Origin: Selaginella moellendorffii
Taxonomy: Eukaryota; Plantae; Lycopodiophyta
Assembly (NCBI RefSeq): GCF_000143415.4
Contig: NW_003314285.1
Location: forward strand, 269,102-333,101
Length of the DNA: 64,000 nt
Direction of reading: 5' to 3'
Shown here: positions 63,130 to 64,000 of the stretch, piece after piece
Position numbering within the stretch: position 1 is the stretch's first letter
How the letters are laid out: every line of letters starts with the position of its first letter
Translations under genes and position numbers: made by a program
Notes under the pieces: model-generated
Seen by the model: only the letters and a program-made list of their open reading frames with translations
What the model was told of the DNA's origin: nothing
Database searches by the model: none

Positions 63130-63848
63130 ATCTAGTTAGCTCCAAAAGTTTTTTGCAACTCAGCAATAGTAAAGCTTGCTTGGTGTATATAAATATCCAC
63201 TTTAGGATCTTGGTGTAAGATGTTAATGAAAATGTAGTACATATGCTTGTAAGGAGTATATGCCTTCCTATGTTCCTCGTGCTTCGTAAAGTCTGGATAT
63301 GTGCAAGAAGAAAAATCTTGAATGGTAATTGTGTACTCTCCACCTTCTGTTTTGACTATGTACTCATTTGTAAGTGTAATGATTTACTTCGTGGAGAGAA
63401 TCTCACACTCAAGTGTTTGAGCAAAGTTTATTTTACTTTGCTTCTGCTTGAAGACGGTGCCAATAAATTTAACTACTTTACCTTTTCTTGCTGGTCTCCT
63501 ATGCATTTCCGTGGGAATAGTCTTAATTTAATCACTCATGTCTCCAACTCTCTTTTCAAGATTGAAACCAGATTTCTCAAAGTTTTTAATCTCATCCGAG
63601 GTGAGTGCAACCCCACTAGCAACCGACCATTCTTTAGATACTACATCAGGCTTAGTCACTATAGTGTCTTCAAGCCACTTTGTATGGTTAGCATCATATA
63701 GCGAACACCATCTTGAAAATCCTGCTTGTTTTCGTTCCCTATAGAAACATAGGGTTGGAATAGAAGCAGACTTGTCACCACGGATCCAAGCCCAACATTT
63801 GCCCCGTGGAAGCATCCTCACACATCTTATATTTGATTTTGCTAGCAC
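63130..63848 (-). pseudogene. Degenerate SWIM-type zinc-finger ORF (MULE-like or ZSWIM-like)
   Basis: After stops the frame reads EYTITIQDFSSCTYPDF...TPYKHMYYIFINIL, a CxC...CKH pattern with two Cys>Tyr changes. Confidence 0.55.
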
Positions 63849-64000
63849 TTAACGGATTGCATATTGTTTCGGCTCTATGCTATGATAAACAATTTCAACC
63901 TCTTGTGATGCACTTTCTTCATCAGCCACTTGAGGTGGCTCGGTTTGGGGGTGATATCTTGAAGCAGAATGATACTCAACATTAGGCGTATGAGAGCTTT

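Overview
Compact, gene-dense plant nuclear sequence with short GT-AG introns and intronless S-motif-rich PPR genes. It is most consistent with a lycophyte such as Selaginella (inferred, not verified). The left ~45 kb holds genes for a GDSL esterase, a D6PK-like AGCVIII kinase, three PLS-E PPR proteins, a GPI-like L-lectin, a DOXC 2OG-dioxygenase, a NET4-like actin-binding protein, four intact class III peroxidases plus pseudogene copies, a head-to-head TauD/CAS-like dioxygenase + BAHD acyltransferase pair (duplicated, with reciprocal inactivation), the mitochondrial ABC transporter ATM3, a Zn-ADH, and an intronless ORF resembling a Uma2/DUF820 PD-(D/E)XK nuclease. The right ~19 kb is a nest of one Ty3/gypsy family at several decay stages plus an N gap and gene-fragment debris. 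The youngest copy is full length, with 174-bp LTRs, a 4-bp TSD, a tRNA-Ala-like PBS and a -1 frameshift signal (GGGAAAC + H-type pseudoknot). Best leads: the Uma2-like nuclease, the TauD-BAHD(HxxxE) pair as a possible metabolic cluster, the retroelement frameshift cassette, repeated duplicate-then-reciprocal-loss events, and possible deep NET4-peroxidase-ATM3 microsynteny.
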